Assembly (NCBI GenBank): GCA_963710375.1
Contig: CAVPZX010000004.1
Location: forward strand, 265,242 to 329,241
Direction: 5' to 3'
Length of the DNA: 64,000 nucleotides
From: Nitrospirota bacterium
GTDB lineage: Bacteria; Nitrospirota; Thermodesulfovibrionia; Thermodesulfovibrionales; Dissulfurispiraceae
Shown here: positions 38,675 through 49,332 of the stretch, piece after piece
Layout: each line of letters opens with the position of its first letter
How positions within the stretch are numbered: the stretch's first letter is position 1
Translations under genes and position numbers: made by a program
Notes under the pieces: generated by a model
The model's input: only the letters and a program-made list of their open reading frames with translations
Told to the model about the DNA's origin: nothing
The model's database searches: none

Positions 38675-39331
38675 ATGGCCGACCCTACTGATACCGCCTT
38701 TCAGGCGTGGGACAAGAAATGGATGACGGAGGAAGGCCGTGCCGACTGGACAAGGCCCGAACAGGATGTAATTGACATTATACCGCTTCTCAGATTGCGC
38801 AGCGTGAATAAAGTGCTCGATTTGGGATGCGGAGTAGGCAGGCATTCCTTATTGCTTGCATCCGAAGGATTTGCAGTATGCTCCCTTGACGCAAGCGAAG
38901 CAGGATTGGAAATTGCCCGTAGTAACGCGAGGGATTCAAAACTGCCGATCGATTTTACCTCTTCCAAAATGACGGATCTTCCATACGGGGCGGACAGCTT
39001 CGAGTATGTCCTTGCATGGAATGTAATTTATCATGGCGACCCGGTTATTGTGCACCGGTCTCTTGTAGAAATCGCGCGTGTTCTGCGCAGAGGCGGTATT
39101 TTCCAGGGCACAATGCTTTCCAAGCTGAATATACTCTATGGAAAGGGGCGCTTGATAGCGAAAGACACATTCATAATAGACGATGACGATGAAAAGAGCC
39201 ATTCGCATTTTTATTGTGACTATGGCGAATTAGAGGAACTCCTGGCCGGATTCAGGGTACTATCCGTGAGCCACAGGGAACACGATAAACCGGGATCTTA
39301 TCACTGGCATTTCAGCTCGGAAAAACTGTGA
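38675..39331 (+). CDS. Class I SAM-dependent methyltransferase
   Basis: VLDLGCGVGRH, AWNVIYHG, RVLRRGG. Confidence 0.9.
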   Translation: MADPTDTAFQAWDKKWMTEEGRADWTRPEQDVIDIIPLLRLRSVNKVLDLGCGVGRHSLLLASEGFAVCSLDASEAGLEIARSNARDSKLPIDFTSSKMTDLPYGADSFEYVLAWNVIYHGDPVIVHRSLVEIARVLRRGGIFQGTMLSKLNILYGKGRLIAKDTFIIDDDDEKSHSHFYCDYGELEELLAGFRVLSVSHREHDKPGSYHWHFSSEKL

Positions 39332-39646
39332 TTGTCATCCGGTTGGAAATGTAATCGACATAAAAACGAATAGAGAACGCCCAAAAGGGCTATCAATAAT
39401 CCGCTTCCTGCCTTGCATTAGTTCAGGTGATTTTCCCCATAATGCCTGCAGAAGTGACGCAATGATTCATTTTCAAATAGATTTTTAATGATGCAATCAG
39501 GTATCCTGTTTTATATGTAATGTTAACGAAATTAATGAAGGACTCGCGAACAAATAATTTGTGCATCCAGGCGCTCAGATTAGGGTCAGATTTGGCTGAT
39601 CCGACTCATTAACCAATTTATTAACTTAAGGGGAGGAAGAAAGGAA

Positions 39647-41029
39647 ATGGCACAACCTGGTAATTCATCAATAATTACGAAGGAAGCTAAACGGGCGATG
39701 GTTTCGCAATTTCTCGGGTTCGGACTGGACGCTTATGACATGGCTCTGGTAATAGTAATGGCGCCTATTTTAACAAAGGTATTTGCCTCGCCGGGCCAGA
39801 CAGGCGCCTGGCAATATTTGACCGTGGTCCTTTTTTACTCTATCACTATGGCTGCAAGGCCTATAGGTTCAGCTATCTTCGGTCATTATGCGGACAAGCT
39901 CGGCAGGCGCAACCTTCTTATATTTACCATAGCCGGAGTCGGCGTAATGTCCGTGCTGGGTGCATTAACTCCGACAAGAGATCAGGTCGGTGTTGGGACT
40001 GCTTTTCTGATATTCGGCCTCATCAGGTTGTGCATGGGCATCTTTTTCGGCGGGGAATATGCCTGCGGCCATGCTTTCGCCATTGAACACGCGCCAAAGG
40101 CCAAGCGGGGCTTCATCGGCGGGTTCATTCAGTCGGGGTTTGCCCTTGGGTTTGCCATGGCATCCTTTGTAGTTTTGTTCTTTACCCTTGGGTTGGGAGA
40201 AACGGCGATGCAGGCTTATGGGTGGCGCATTGTGTTCGCTACCGGAGTGGTTCCGGTGTTAATAGCGCTCTGGATAAGGAAATCTCTGGTCGAGTCGCCA
40301 GAATTTGTGAGAGAACAGAAAGAGGGTAAAACAGAAAAAGCCCCCTTTGCAAGCCTCTTTAAAACTCCAACCGTCTGGGTATTTCTCCAGGTCTTTTTCT
40401 TCATGACAGGCCTCTTCCTGACCGATTACGCAATCTACCAGTTTATTCCCGGCATACTCAAAGGTAAAAACAAGTTCGGGATGGTGGACTATACTCAAAT
40501 ATACGGCACGGCTCTCTTATGTGCCGCCATTGGTTATAATGTTTACGGCTGGGCCTCCGATAAACTGGGCCGGAAAAAGCTCACGCAATATTATTGCATT
40601 GTCATCGCTATCATGGGTATCCCGCTTTATCAGCTTATCATCAACGCTGCCGTCAGCAGAAATTTCGGGCTCGCTATTTTTGGAGCGATAATAGCCGGTA
40701 TGTTCAAGATTCACTGGGGGGTACTGCCGGCTTATCTTTGCGAACGTTTCCCAACAAGAAACAGATCAGTAGGTGTAGGTTTCGGGTATTCTGCAGGCGC
40801 TCTTGTCGGCGGCGCAGGTATCACCCCGCTGGTTGCCTTATTCCACACGCTCCCGCCGATAGCTGCCGTAGAGGGACCGGGCGAGCTTTGGTTGTCTGCA
40901 TCGGTTGCATTGACGATAGGCGCAGCTATGACCTTTGTCAGCCTGCTTTTTAGTCCCGAGACAAAGAACCTTGAGTTGCACGAGGTTGGGGAAATAGTAG
41001 ATAAGAAATTGAGTGAAGCGGCATCCTAG
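39647..41029 (+). CDS. MFS transporter (metabolite:H+ symporter type)
   Basis: LDAYD, RPIGSAIFGHYADKLGRR, GGEY, ERFPTRNRSVGVG. Confidence 0.9.
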   Translation: MAQPGNSSIITKEAKRAMVSQFLGFGLDAYDMALVIVMAPILTKVFASPGQTGAWQYLTVVLFYSITMAARPIGSAIFGHYADKLGRRNLLIFTIAGVGVMSVLGALTPTRDQVGVGTAFLIFGLIRLCMGIFFGGEYACGHAFAIEHAPKAKRGFIGGFIQSGFALGFAMASFVVLFFTLGLGETAMQAYGWRIVFATGVVPVLIALWIRKSLVESPEFVREQKEGKTEKAPFASLFKTPTVWVFLQVFFFMTGLFLTDYAIYQFIPGILKGKNKFGMVDYTQIYGTALLCAAIGYNVYGWASDKLGRKKLTQYYCIVIAIMGIPLYQLIINAAVSRNFGLAIFGAIIAGMFKIHWGVLPAYLCERFPTRNRSVGVGFGYSAGALVGGAGITPLVALFHTLPPIAAVEGPGELWLSASVALTIGAAMTFVSLLFSPETKNLELHEVGEIVDKKLSEAAS

Positions 41030-41065
41030 GCTTAGAGCCTGAAAGGAGCGTAAGAGGAAGATATT

Positions 41066-41527
41066 ATGGGACGGATAGCAAAAATTTCTGTGATAATGGC
41101 GGTATTGATATCCTTAATGGTGGCGTTTGCAAGCGTCAGTTTTGCCGACGACAAAGAAATGGCTGTTGCGCTGGTTAAAAAAGCCGTGGCTTATTATAAG
41201 GCCAACGGCATGGATAAAGCACTCGATGAGTTCATGAAACCTGGCGGACAGTTCGTGCAAGGAGATCTTTATATTTTTGTCTATGATTTAAAAGGGACCA
41301 TGCTGGCTCATCCAAATAGGGCGCTAGTAGGGCAAAATCTGATCGACAAACCTGATTCAAAAGGGAAAATGTTCCGTAAAGACATTATAGATATAGCAAA
41401 GACAGCGGGAAGCGGTTGGGTTGACTACGTATACACGAACCCGAAGACACTGGAAGACGAAGCCAAAACCACATATTTCGAGAAGATTGAGGATCTGGTG
41501 ATTTGCTGCGGCATATATAAAAAATAA
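41066..41527 (+). CDS. Stand-alone single-Cache domain protein
   Basis: Signal peptide; DLYIFVYD, AHP, GSGWVDYVY, CGIY. Confidence 0.87.
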   Translation: MGRIAKISVIMAVLISLMVAFASVSFADDKEMAVALVKKAVAYYKANGMDKALDEFMKPGGQFVQGDLYIFVYDLKGTMLAHPNRALVGQNLIDKPDSKGKMFRKDIIDIAKTAGSGWVDYVYTNPKTLEDEAKTTYFEKIEDLVICCGIYKK

Positions 41528-41683
41528 TCAGATTGTCTATTGTCAACATTAACCGCGGCCCAAAGCAAGCGCATAGCAGAGCGTGCTTTGGGCTGTGGTT
41601 CCTGGATGCACATTTTTCGAGTTCAGAATTTTTCCAACTCTCTGTCAACCTTGTAATTGGAAGGTGTGATATAATAATTGTCT

Positions 41684-42433
41684 ATGCAAATGTTGAATAC
41701 CGGCGATCTTAATCCTGTTGTTGCTGAGCGGAGTGTTCCTTTTTTCAGCGATGTTCAGCTTAGATATCCTGATGCAATCCATTCTCTGCATATAGTGGGG
41801 AGCGCGGTCACACCTGATTTCAGGGAGAAAGGTTCGGTCATACATTCCGTTATTATTGTTCATAAGATTGATTTTGGTTTTATCCAGTTCATTGCTTCGC
41901 TCGGTAAAAAATACGGGAAGAAAGGGATTGCTGCTCCCCTGATCATGACTCCGCAGTATATCCGCGATTCTCTCGATGTTTTCCCCATAGAATTTCATGA
42001 TTTCCAGCTTATCCACAAGACTGTTGCAGGAGAGGACATATTTAAGGATATGGTAATAAACAAGTCCTTTCTGAAACTTCAGTGTGAGCGTGAAGTGAAA
42101 GTCAGGCTTATCGGATTACGGCAGAGCTATCTGACCTGTCTAGGCGACAAGCAGAGCCTTGCAGAAATTCTTTCGCATTCTGTTGTAGGCTTCATGCCGC
42201 TCATCAGGGGGGTGCTTTTTATATTTGATAAAGAGCCGCCGGTTAAAAGACATGATGCAATCAGAGTGTTTCAGGAGTTGCTCTCGATAGATGCCAGCGT
42301 CTTAGAGCGGCTCCTGCAGTTGCGGGCCGGGCTTATAAAACCTTCAAAGGAAGAGCTGCACCATATTTTCGAGAATTACCATACGGTACTCGAAAAGGTG
42401 GAGGCTTTTATTGATGCAATCACGGTTCCGTAA
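41684..42433 (+). CDS. Nucleotidyltransferase-fold-like protein upstream of TPM/LemA
   Basis: SLHIVGSA, SLDVFPIEF, LKLQCEREV. Confidence 0.65.
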   Translation: MQMLNTGDLNPVVAERSVPFFSDVQLRYPDAIHSLHIVGSAVTPDFREKGSVIHSVIIVHKIDFGFIQFIASLGKKYGKKGIAAPLIMTPQYIRDSLDVFPIEFHDFQLIHKTVAGEDIFKDMVINKSFLKLQCEREVKVRLIGLRQSYLTCLGDKQSLAEILSHSVVGFMPLIRGVLFIFDKEPPVKRHDAIRVFQELLSIDASVLERLLQLRAGLIKPSKEELHHIFENYHTVLEKVEAFIDAITVP

Positions 42434-42580
42434 AAAGTTCATATGCTGCGTTGCGCTGCACCCTTCGTCACTCGCACCCCAAAAGACTGTGGCTTTTGGG
42501 GACCCCGTGCGGCGTACGAAAAGGTACGCCTCATTCCTCATGGTTTGCGCGCCTTGTCTATGAACTTTTTACGAAACCGT
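42422..42580. mobile_element. MITE-like repeat (159 bp) with 22-bp terminal inverted repeats
   Basis: ACGGTTCCGTAAAAAGTTCATA (42422-42443) vs TATGAACTTTTTACGAAACCGT (42559-42580), 21/22 match; internal hairpins. Confidence 0.8.
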
Positions 42581-43348
42581 CTATCTCTTGCTTTATTTTT
42601 TCTTATCTGGACGGCGCTCTCACTTGCTGTGGCCTTGCTGCCGTCCTTTGCGTCGGTCCCGGAAATTCCTGCTGTTCCGTCTCAGTATGTGGTGGACCTT
42701 GCGGGGATTGTTGACGACGCAACGAAAACCCAGCTGAATAGCTCACTTCGGCAACTCGAAGAAAAAACAACCTCACAGATGGTTATTCTGACTGTCCCGA
42801 GCCTTAACGGAGAGAGTCTCGAAGATCTTTCTTTAAGGACTGCCGAAAAATGGAAGCTTGGGCAGAAGGGAAAAGACAATGGTGTCCTGCTTATAATTTC
42901 CCTGCAGGAAAGAAAATACCGTTTTGAGATAGGATACGGCCTTGAACGAATTTTGCCCGACAGTTTGGTGGGATCGATCGGCAGGTCATATCTTGTTCCC
43001 AATTTCAGGAATGGCGATTACAGTAAAGGTATCTCTGACACTGCTTTTGCCGTAATCAATACTATTGCAGCAGCCGAAGGGGTTACCCTGACCGGTCCCC
43101 CCGTCCCTGAAAGAAACTACGTCAAGCAGCATAAGATCGGCTTGCTTCATAAACTCGTGCTTCTCTTTTTTCTCATTGCGGCGGCTATACTTTTCATTAG
43201 ACACCCCGGATTATTTCTGCTGTTATTTTTATCTTCCGGCAGAGGTGGATGGTCAGGCGGCGGCGGTTTCGGCGGTGGCGATTCGGGAGGCTTTGGAGGC
43301 GGAGGCGGCGGTGGTTTCGGAGGTGGCGGCGCATCGGGTGACTGGTGA
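42560..43348 (+). CDS. TPM-domain (YgcG-like) protein with Gly-rich tail
   Basis: VVDLAG, WKLGQKGKDNGVLL, EIGYGLE, GGGFGGGGASGDW. Confidence 0.92.
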   Translation: MNFLRNRLSLALFFLIWTALSLAVALLPSFASVPEIPAVPSQYVVDLAGIVDDATKTQLNSSLRQLEEKTTSQMVILTVPSLNGESLEDLSLRTAEKWKLGQKGKDNGVLLIISLQERKYRFEIGYGLERILPDSLVGSIGRSYLVPNFRNGDYSKGISDTAFAVINTIAAAEGVTLTGPPVPERNYVKQHKIGLLHKLVLLFFLIAAAILFIRHPGLFLLLFLSSGRGGWSGGGGFGGGDSGGFGGGGGGGFGGGGASGDW

Positions 43349-43360
43349 AACATAATAAAT

Positions 43361-43437
43361 AGTAGGCAGTAAGCAGTAGGCAGAAAAAATGTAATCTTTT
43401 GACTTTGGTGCTTACTGCTTAGTGCCTACTGCATACT
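43361..43437. repeat. Heptamer tandem repeats in inverted arrangement
   Basis: AGTAGGC AGTAAGC AGTAGGC ... GCTTACT GCTTAGT GCCTACT GCATACT. Confidence 0.75.
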
Positions 43438-43461
43438 AATTTATTTTAAAAAGGAGCTTGT

Positions 43462-44037
43462 ATGAATAATTCATTAAAGGTTGCACTTATTATTGTTGGG
43501 GCAATAGTAGTTATCGGCGTTATAACCATAGGCTGGGGCATAGGCCAGTATAACAGGGTCATCTCCATGGACGAGCAGGTGAAAGCCCAGTGGGCACAGG
43601 TTGACAACCAATTGAAGCGGCGGTATGATCTTATCCCAAACCTGGTCGAGACAGTGAAGGGCTATGCGACCCATGAACGGGAGGTATTCGAAAATATCGC
43701 CCAGGCGAGGACGCAGTATTTTCAGGCAAAGACCCCGGCGGACAAGATCCAAGCCTCGCAGCAAATCGAAGGAGCGCTTTCCAGGCTTCTTATGCTCAAG
43801 GAGGCTTTCCCTCAGTTGAAGGCCAATGAATCTTTTTTGAAATTGCAGGACAGCCTCGAAGGTACGGAAAACCGCATCTCCGTAGAGAGGAAACGGTATA
43901 ATGATGCAGTACAAATGCTGAACAGCTACCGAAGGAGTTTTGCAGGGAGATTTATTTCGGCAATAGCCGGAGTCGGAGAGGCAAAATATTTTGAGACCCC
44001 GACTACGGAGCGTGAGGCGCCGAAAGTAAAATTCTGA
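43462..44037 (+). CDS. lemA: LemA-family protein
   Basis: [42 protein letters not shown]. Confidence 0.96.
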   Translation: MNNSLKVALIIVGAIVVIGVITIGWGIGQYNRVISMDEQVKAQWAQVDNQLKRRYDLIPNLVETVKGYATHEREVFENIAQARTQYFQAKTPADKIQASQQIEGALSRLLMLKEAFPQLKANESFLKLQDSLEGTENRISVERKRYNDAVQMLNSYRRSFAGRFISAIAGVGEAKYFETPTTEREAPKVKF

Positions 44038-46472
44038 TGGATGTTAAAAATAAGATAGACCTGCCAGTCACAGGCATGACCTGTGCTGCCTGCAGCTCCG
44101 CAGTGGAAAAGGGTTTGCAGCGCATAAAGGGTGTAAAAAATGCTGCTGTAAATTTCTCTGCAGAAAAAGCCACCATTGAATTCTCCGACCCTAAGAAACC
44201 ACTCCCCTTGTCGATCATAATCGAAACTGTCAAGGGAGAGGGGTATGGTGTTGCGTCGGTAAGGATGGATTTTGCAGTGAGGGGAATGACCTGTGCTGCT
44301 TGTGTAGGTGCTGTTGAACGGGCACTGAAGGAACTGTACGGTGTGTTGAATGTATCAGTCAACCTCGCGGCCGAAAAGGCTTCTGTTGAATATATACCTA
44401 CCATTGTTGGGTTCGAGGATTTTAAGCGGACCATTAAAGAGGCGGGATACGACGCGGAACAACCTGGCAATGACTTTGTTGACAACGAGCGTGTGCGAAG
44501 GGAAAAGGAATACAGGGAGTTGCGCAAGCAGTTCATCATCAGTGCTGCTCTTAGCATCGCCGTTTTCATGGGCAATATGCTCTCTATCCCGGTGCTCTCT
44601 AATTGGTATGTCCTGTTTATGCTGGCAACGCCCGTCCAGTTTTGGTGCGGCATCCGTTTCCACCGTGCAGCCATCTCCGCCCTCAGACACGGAACTACGA
44701 ATATGAATACGCTTATTAGCTTGGGGACTAATGCCGCCTATATATACAGTACGGCAGCAGTATTTGCGCCTGGGTTGTTTTTTGCCGGCGGCATTGCTCC
44801 GCAGGTTTATTTCGATACCTCTGCTGCTATTATCACTTTAATTCTACTGGGCAGGCTGCTGGAGGCTCGTGCAAAAGGGAAGACTTCGGAATCCATAAGG
44901 AAATTAATGGGGCTTCAGGCAAAGACAGCTACTGTTGTTCGTGACGGAAATGAGCTTGACGTCATGATTGAAGAGGTTGTAGTGGGAGATATAGTGGTAG
45001 TAAAACCGGGTGGAAGGATACCTGTGGACGGGATCGTGGTAAGCGGGTATTCGACAGTCGATGAATCCATGCTTACAGGGGAAAGCCTGCCTGTTGAGAA
45101 AAGCGAGGGAGATACCTTATTCAACGGTACGGTGAACAAGACCGGCAGCTTCAGGCTGCAGGCACTTAAGATCGGCAGGGACACAGCTCTTGCCCAGATT
45201 GTAAGGCTAGTGGAGGCTGCGCAGGGAAGCAAGGCGCCAATCCAGCGGCTTGCTGATAAAATAGCTTCGGTTTTTGTCCCTATAGTGATCGGTATAGCTG
45301 TGCTTACTTTTGCCATATGGTTTATTGAGGGGCCGAGGCCGTCTTTTGCCCTCGCCCTGATGAATTTCATAGCGGTGCTGATCATCGCCTGTCCCTGTTC
45401 TTTGGGGCTCGCTACGCCTACGGCAATCATGGTCGGGACCGGCAAAGGGGCTGAAAATGGAATTCTGATAAGGGATGCCGAGTCACTGGAATTGGCGCAC
45501 AAGATCGGAGTGGTGGTGCTGGATAAGACCGGAACCATAACGAAAGGGGAGCCCGAAGTGACGGATATCGCTCCTGCAAACGGCATTGCGCCGGACTCAG
45601 TACTCAAGATTGCCGCAGCTGCTGAAAAATTATCTGAACATCCTCTCGGCAAGGCAATAATGAAGAAGGCGGCTGAAAAGGGGATGGATATTGCCGACCC
45701 ACTGGATTTCACGGCAATGCCCGGCGGCGGGATTAAAGCAAAAGTCAGGGTTGACGGAGGAGAGGCCGAGGTGTTTATCGGTAATGAGAGGATGCTCCGG
45801 AGTGAGGGTTTCGACTTAAGTCCTGTTATCAGTAGCTCCAGCCTTGCGGCATCCCGGGGCAGTACCCCGGTTTTTGTCGCTTCTGATAAGAAAATCATTG
45901 GCGTGCTCTCGATTGCGGATACTATAAAGGAAGGGTCGCGGGAGGCGATAAAAGAGTTGTACTCTATGGGCATAGAGGTTATAATGATTACTGGAGATCA
46001 TATGAGCACTGCTGAAGCCATAGCAAAAGAGGTTGGCATCGATACATTTTTTGCCGACGTGCTGCCCGAACAGAAAGTAGATATCGTAAAAAAGATAAAA
46101 TCCCGGGGCAAGGTGACCGCGATGGTAGGAGATGGGATCAACGATGCACCTGCCCTGGCTGAGGCTGACGTCGGTATTGCGATAGGCACCGGCACTGATA
46201 TTGCGATTGAGGCCTCCGGGCTGACGCTCATTAAGGGACACCTGAAAAGCGTAGCGGATGCCATAAGGTTGAGCAGACTTACTATAAGGACTATAAAGCA
46301 GAATCTTTTCTGGGCTTTTTTTTATAATGCTATAGGGATTCCCATTGCCGCAGGGGTGCTTTACCCGTTTGGAGGCCCACTGCTTAATCCTATGTTCGCA
46401 TCTGCAGCGATGGCGTTCAGTTCCGTTTCTGTAGTCAGCAACTCTTTGAGGTTACGGGGAAAAAAGCTATAA
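44037..46472 (+). CDS. copA: Cu(+)-transporting P1B-type ATPase
   Basis: Two GMTCAAC domains, [20 protein letters not shown] and MAFSS. Confidence 0.95.
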   Translation: MDVKNKIDLPVTGMTCAACSSAVEKGLQRIKGVKNAAVNFSAEKATIEFSDPKKPLPLSIIIETVKGEGYGVASVRMDFAVRGMTCAACVGAVERALKELYGVLNVSVNLAAEKASVEYIPTIVGFEDFKRTIKEAGYDAEQPGNDFVDNERVRREKEYRELRKQFIISAALSIAVFMGNMLSIPVLSNWYVLFMLATPVQFWCGIRFHRAAISALRHGTTNMNTLISLGTNAAYIYSTAAVFAPGLFFAGGIAPQVYFDTSAAIITLILLGRLLEARAKGKTSESIRKLMGLQAKTATVVRDGNELDVMIEEVVVGDIVVVKPGGRIPVDGIVVSGYSTVDESMLTGESLPVEKSEGDTLFNGTVNKTGSFRLQALKIGRDTALAQIVRLVEAAQGSKAPIQRLADKIASVFVPIVIGIAVLTFAIWFIEGPRPSFALALMNFIAVLIIACPCSLGLATPTAIMVGTGKGAENGILIRDAESLELAHKIGVVVLDKTGTITKGEPEVTDIAPANGIAPDSVLKIAAAAEKLSEHPLGKAIMKKAAEKGMDIADPLDFTAMPGGGIKAKVRVDGGEAEVFIGNERMLRSEGFDLSPVISSSSLAASRGSTPVFVASDKKIIGVLSIADTIKEGSREAIKELYSMGIEVIMITGDHMSTAEAIAKEVGIDTFFADVLPEQKVDIVKKIKSRGKVTAMVGDGINDAPALAEADVGIAIGTGTDIAIEASGLTLIKGHLKSVADAIRLSRLTIRTIKQNLFWAFFYNAIGIPIAAGVLYPFGGPLLNPMFASAAMAFSSVSVVSNSLRLRGKKL

Positions 46473-46490
46473 GGTTTTTGTGGAGGAGTA

Positions 46491-47609
46491 ATGCAAAGGT
46501 CAGTATATGTTGTTGATGATGTATCTATAAATCTGGAGCTTGTGGAGTCTGTTTTCAGAAATGACCCAGGTCTTTTAATCAGAAAGGCTGAGAACGGAAA
46601 AGAACTTATGAACTGCATCGAAGCATACGGCATTCCCGATCTCCTCATCCTCGATCTCATGATGCCTGTCATGGACGGCTTTGATGTGCTTGAAAACCTG
46701 AAGCAGGGCAGGGAGTCAAACTACTTCCCCATTATAGTGCTCTCGGCGCTGACTGATAAACAGAGTATTGTCAGGGCCCTGTCCATGGGTGCTGACGACT
46801 ATGTGACAAAGCCGTTCTTTGTCGAGGAACTCAAAGCCCGTGTCGGCAATATGCTGAAACTGAAGGAGCGGGATGAATATTTGAATACGTCGCTTGATGT
46901 GATGGAAACGAATCTGATCGAGAAGCTGCAGATTATCGAGCAGACCCAGGTTGAAGTCATTATCCGCTTGGGTAAAGCGGCTGAGTTCAGGGATGATGAA
47001 ACAGGGAAACACATTGAGCGCATTGCTGCATATGTTAACTTAATAACCGAAAAACTGGGTATGAACCGCGAGCAGCGTATAATGATGCAGTATGCCGCTC
47101 CCATGCACGACGTCGGCAAGATAGGCATTCCGGACGGGGTGCTTATGAAGGCCGGCAAGCTCACCGAAGATGAATTTAAAATAATAAAACTTCATACGGT
47201 TATAGGCAGCAGAATTTTAAGCGGCACGACCCTTCCCTTGCTGGAGCTTGCCAAGGAGATAGCCATTTCGCATCATGAGAGGTGGGACGGCGGAGGCTAT
47301 CCTCTGGGTCTCAAAGGGAGTGATATACCGATATCGGGCAGGATAGTTGCCATTACGGATGTTTTTGATGCGATTACTTCCAAAAGAGTGTACAAAGAGG
47401 CATGGCCTATAGAACAGGCATTGGAATATTTAAAGAGCATGAGGGGTACACAGTTTGATCCCGATATCGTCGATGCCTTTTTTGCAATAGAAGACCAAAT
47501 GACGAATGTCAGGCAGGCAAAAGGCGATGCACCTGAATCTAAACCGATAATTCTTCAACTTATGGATGGCGATATCAGCTTTGACAAGCTGGTTGAGCAG
47601 TGGAGATAG
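46491..47609 (+). CDS. Response regulator with HD-GYP phosphodiesterase domain
   Basis: REC (DLMMP); HDVGK; HHERWDGGGYP. Confidence 0.94.
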   Translation: MQRSVYVVDDVSINLELVESVFRNDPGLLIRKAENGKELMNCIEAYGIPDLLILDLMMPVMDGFDVLENLKQGRESNYFPIIVLSALTDKQSIVRALSMGADDYVTKPFFVEELKARVGNMLKLKERDEYLNTSLDVMETNLIEKLQIIEQTQVEVIIRLGKAAEFRDDETGKHIERIAAYVNLITEKLGMNREQRIMMQYAAPMHDVGKIGIPDGVLMKAGKLTEDEFKIIKLHTVIGSRILSGTTLPLLELAKEIAISHHERWDGGGYPLGLKGSDIPISGRIVAITDVFDAITSKRVYKEAWPIEQALEYLKSMRGTQFDPDIVDAFFAIEDQMTNVRQAKGDAPESKPIILQLMDGDISFDKLVEQWR

Positions 47610-49273
47610 AGATAAACACAGAGAATTCCCTCCTTGTTGTCCCGCTGGGCGGTGTTGAAGAGATTGGCCTCAACATGACGGTTTTTCAGTATGCCGGCGA
47701 TCTTATAATCGTGGACGCCGGTCTTATGTTCCCCGAAGAGGACATGTTGGGCGTGGACTTCGTCATCCCCGATTTTTCTTATATTATTGAGAACAGGGAA
47801 AAATTAAAGGGGATAATCCTTACCCACGGGCATGAAGATCACACCGGTGCATTGCCTTTTCTTCTGAGAGAATTAGATGTCCCCGTATATGGGACTGCGC
47901 TTACACTTGCGCTGGTGCGGGAAAAGCTGAGGGAACATGAACTGGATGACGTTCTGCTAATGCCTGTAAGGCCGCGAGATATTATCACGCTCGGTTGTTT
48001 TTCCATCGAATTTATTAGGGTCACTCACAGTATCGTGGATGGGGTTGGCCTGGCAATAAAAACTCCTGTGGGAACTATTATACATACAGGTGATTTCAAG
48101 CTCGATCCCACACCCGTAGACGGGGAATTGATGGATTTCCTCCGGTTTTCAGAATACGGCGAGAAAGGAACGATGCTCTTGCTTTCTGACAGCACCAATG
48201 CTGAAAAGGGTGGGTTCACTTTTTCTGAAAGAGAAGTAAGCAGGGCCTTTGAAGACATTTTTTCGAAAGTTAATGGAAGAATTATTATCGCCACGTTTGC
48301 ATCGAACATCCATAGGATCCAGCAGGCCATAAATGTTGCGGTCCAGTACGGCAGGAAGGTGATCATGTGCGGTAAAAGCATTGTTTCAAACGCACAGATA
48401 GCCCTTGATCTCGGCTATTTGAAGATGCCGGGCGATACGTGGGTCAAGCTGGAAGACCTGAAGGACCTTGCCGACGCCGAGGTGGTGATCATCACTACCG
48501 GCAGCCAGGGCGAGCCCATGAGCGTACTGTCACGCATTGCCATGGATGAGCACAAGCACATCAAGGTTAAGGAAGGCGATACGGTCATTCTCTCGGCCAA
48601 GATAATTCCCGGCAACGAGCGCTCCATAGGAAAGATCATAAACCACCTTATGCGGAGGGGTGCGGATGTCAAGTATGAGAAAGTGTCTGAGATACATGTT
48701 TCCGGGCACGCGTCAAAGGAAGAGCTTAAACTGATGATGAACCTTGTGCGGCCGAAGTATTTCATCCCCATTCATGGTGAATACCGTCACCTTAAATATC
48801 ATGCGCGGCTGGCTGAAAAGTCAGGGATACCCAAGGACAACGTATTTATTTTAGGCGATGGTGAGGTGTTTGAAATAAATGAGTCCGGGGCCGCTAAAGC
48901 AGGGAAAGTGAACTCAGGGAGGATTTTTATCGACGGCAAGGGAACATACGGAGTTGAAGACATAGTGCTCAGAGACAGAAGGACGCTGGCCCACGACGGC
49001 GTAGTGATCGTTCTTGTAGGCATTGAAAAGCTCACAAAGAAAATCGTCTCGGGTCCCGATATTATATCCAGAGGGTTTGTTTTTGAGGACGCATCACAAG
49101 AGATTATCAATGAAGTCCGGGACCTTATGGCTGCGACTCTTTCCGGACTTCAGGATGACATTATTTCTGATGTGTCTCTGATACAGTCGAAACTTCGTTC
49201 GACTCTTAAGAAGTATCTCAGAAATACCATGGACAGGCGTCCGATGATTATGCCGGTCATCATGGAGGTATAA
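47600..49273 (+). CDS. rnj: Ribonuclease J
   Basis: PLGGVEEIGLNM, THGHEDH, HTGDFK, TGSQGEP, HVSGHA, PIHGE. Confidence 0.97.
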   Translation: MEIEINTENSLLVVPLGGVEEIGLNMTVFQYAGDLIIVDAGLMFPEEDMLGVDFVIPDFSYIIENREKLKGIILTHGHEDHTGALPFLLRELDVPVYGTALTLALVREKLREHELDDVLLMPVRPRDIITLGCFSIEFIRVTHSIVDGVGLAIKTPVGTIIHTGDFKLDPTPVDGELMDFLRFSEYGEKGTMLLLSDSTNAEKGGFTFSEREVSRAFEDIFSKVNGRIIIATFASNIHRIQQAINVAVQYGRKVIMCGKSIVSNAQIALDLGYLKMPGDTWVKLEDLKDLADAEVVIITTGSQGEPMSVLSRIAMDEHKHIKVKEGDTVILSAKIIPGNERSIGKIINHLMRRGADVKYEKVSEIHVSGHASKEELKLMMNLVRPKYFIPIHGEYRHLKYHARLAEKSGIPKDNVFILGDGEVFEINESGAAKAGKVNSGRIFIDGKGTYGVEDIVLRDRRTLAHDGVVIVLVGIEKLTKKIVSGPDIISRGFVFEDASQEIINEVRDLMAATLSGLQDDIISDVSLIQSKLRSTLKKYLRNTMDRRPMIMPVIMEV

Positions 49274-49332
49274 TGAATATATTTATATGCCTATTTGATA
49301 GAAAACATAGGGGGAATTTGATATAGTACCTT

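Noticed and set aside
43245..43345. GGC/GGT-rich repeat
   Set aside because: It encodes the normal Gly-rich tail of TPM-domain proteins.
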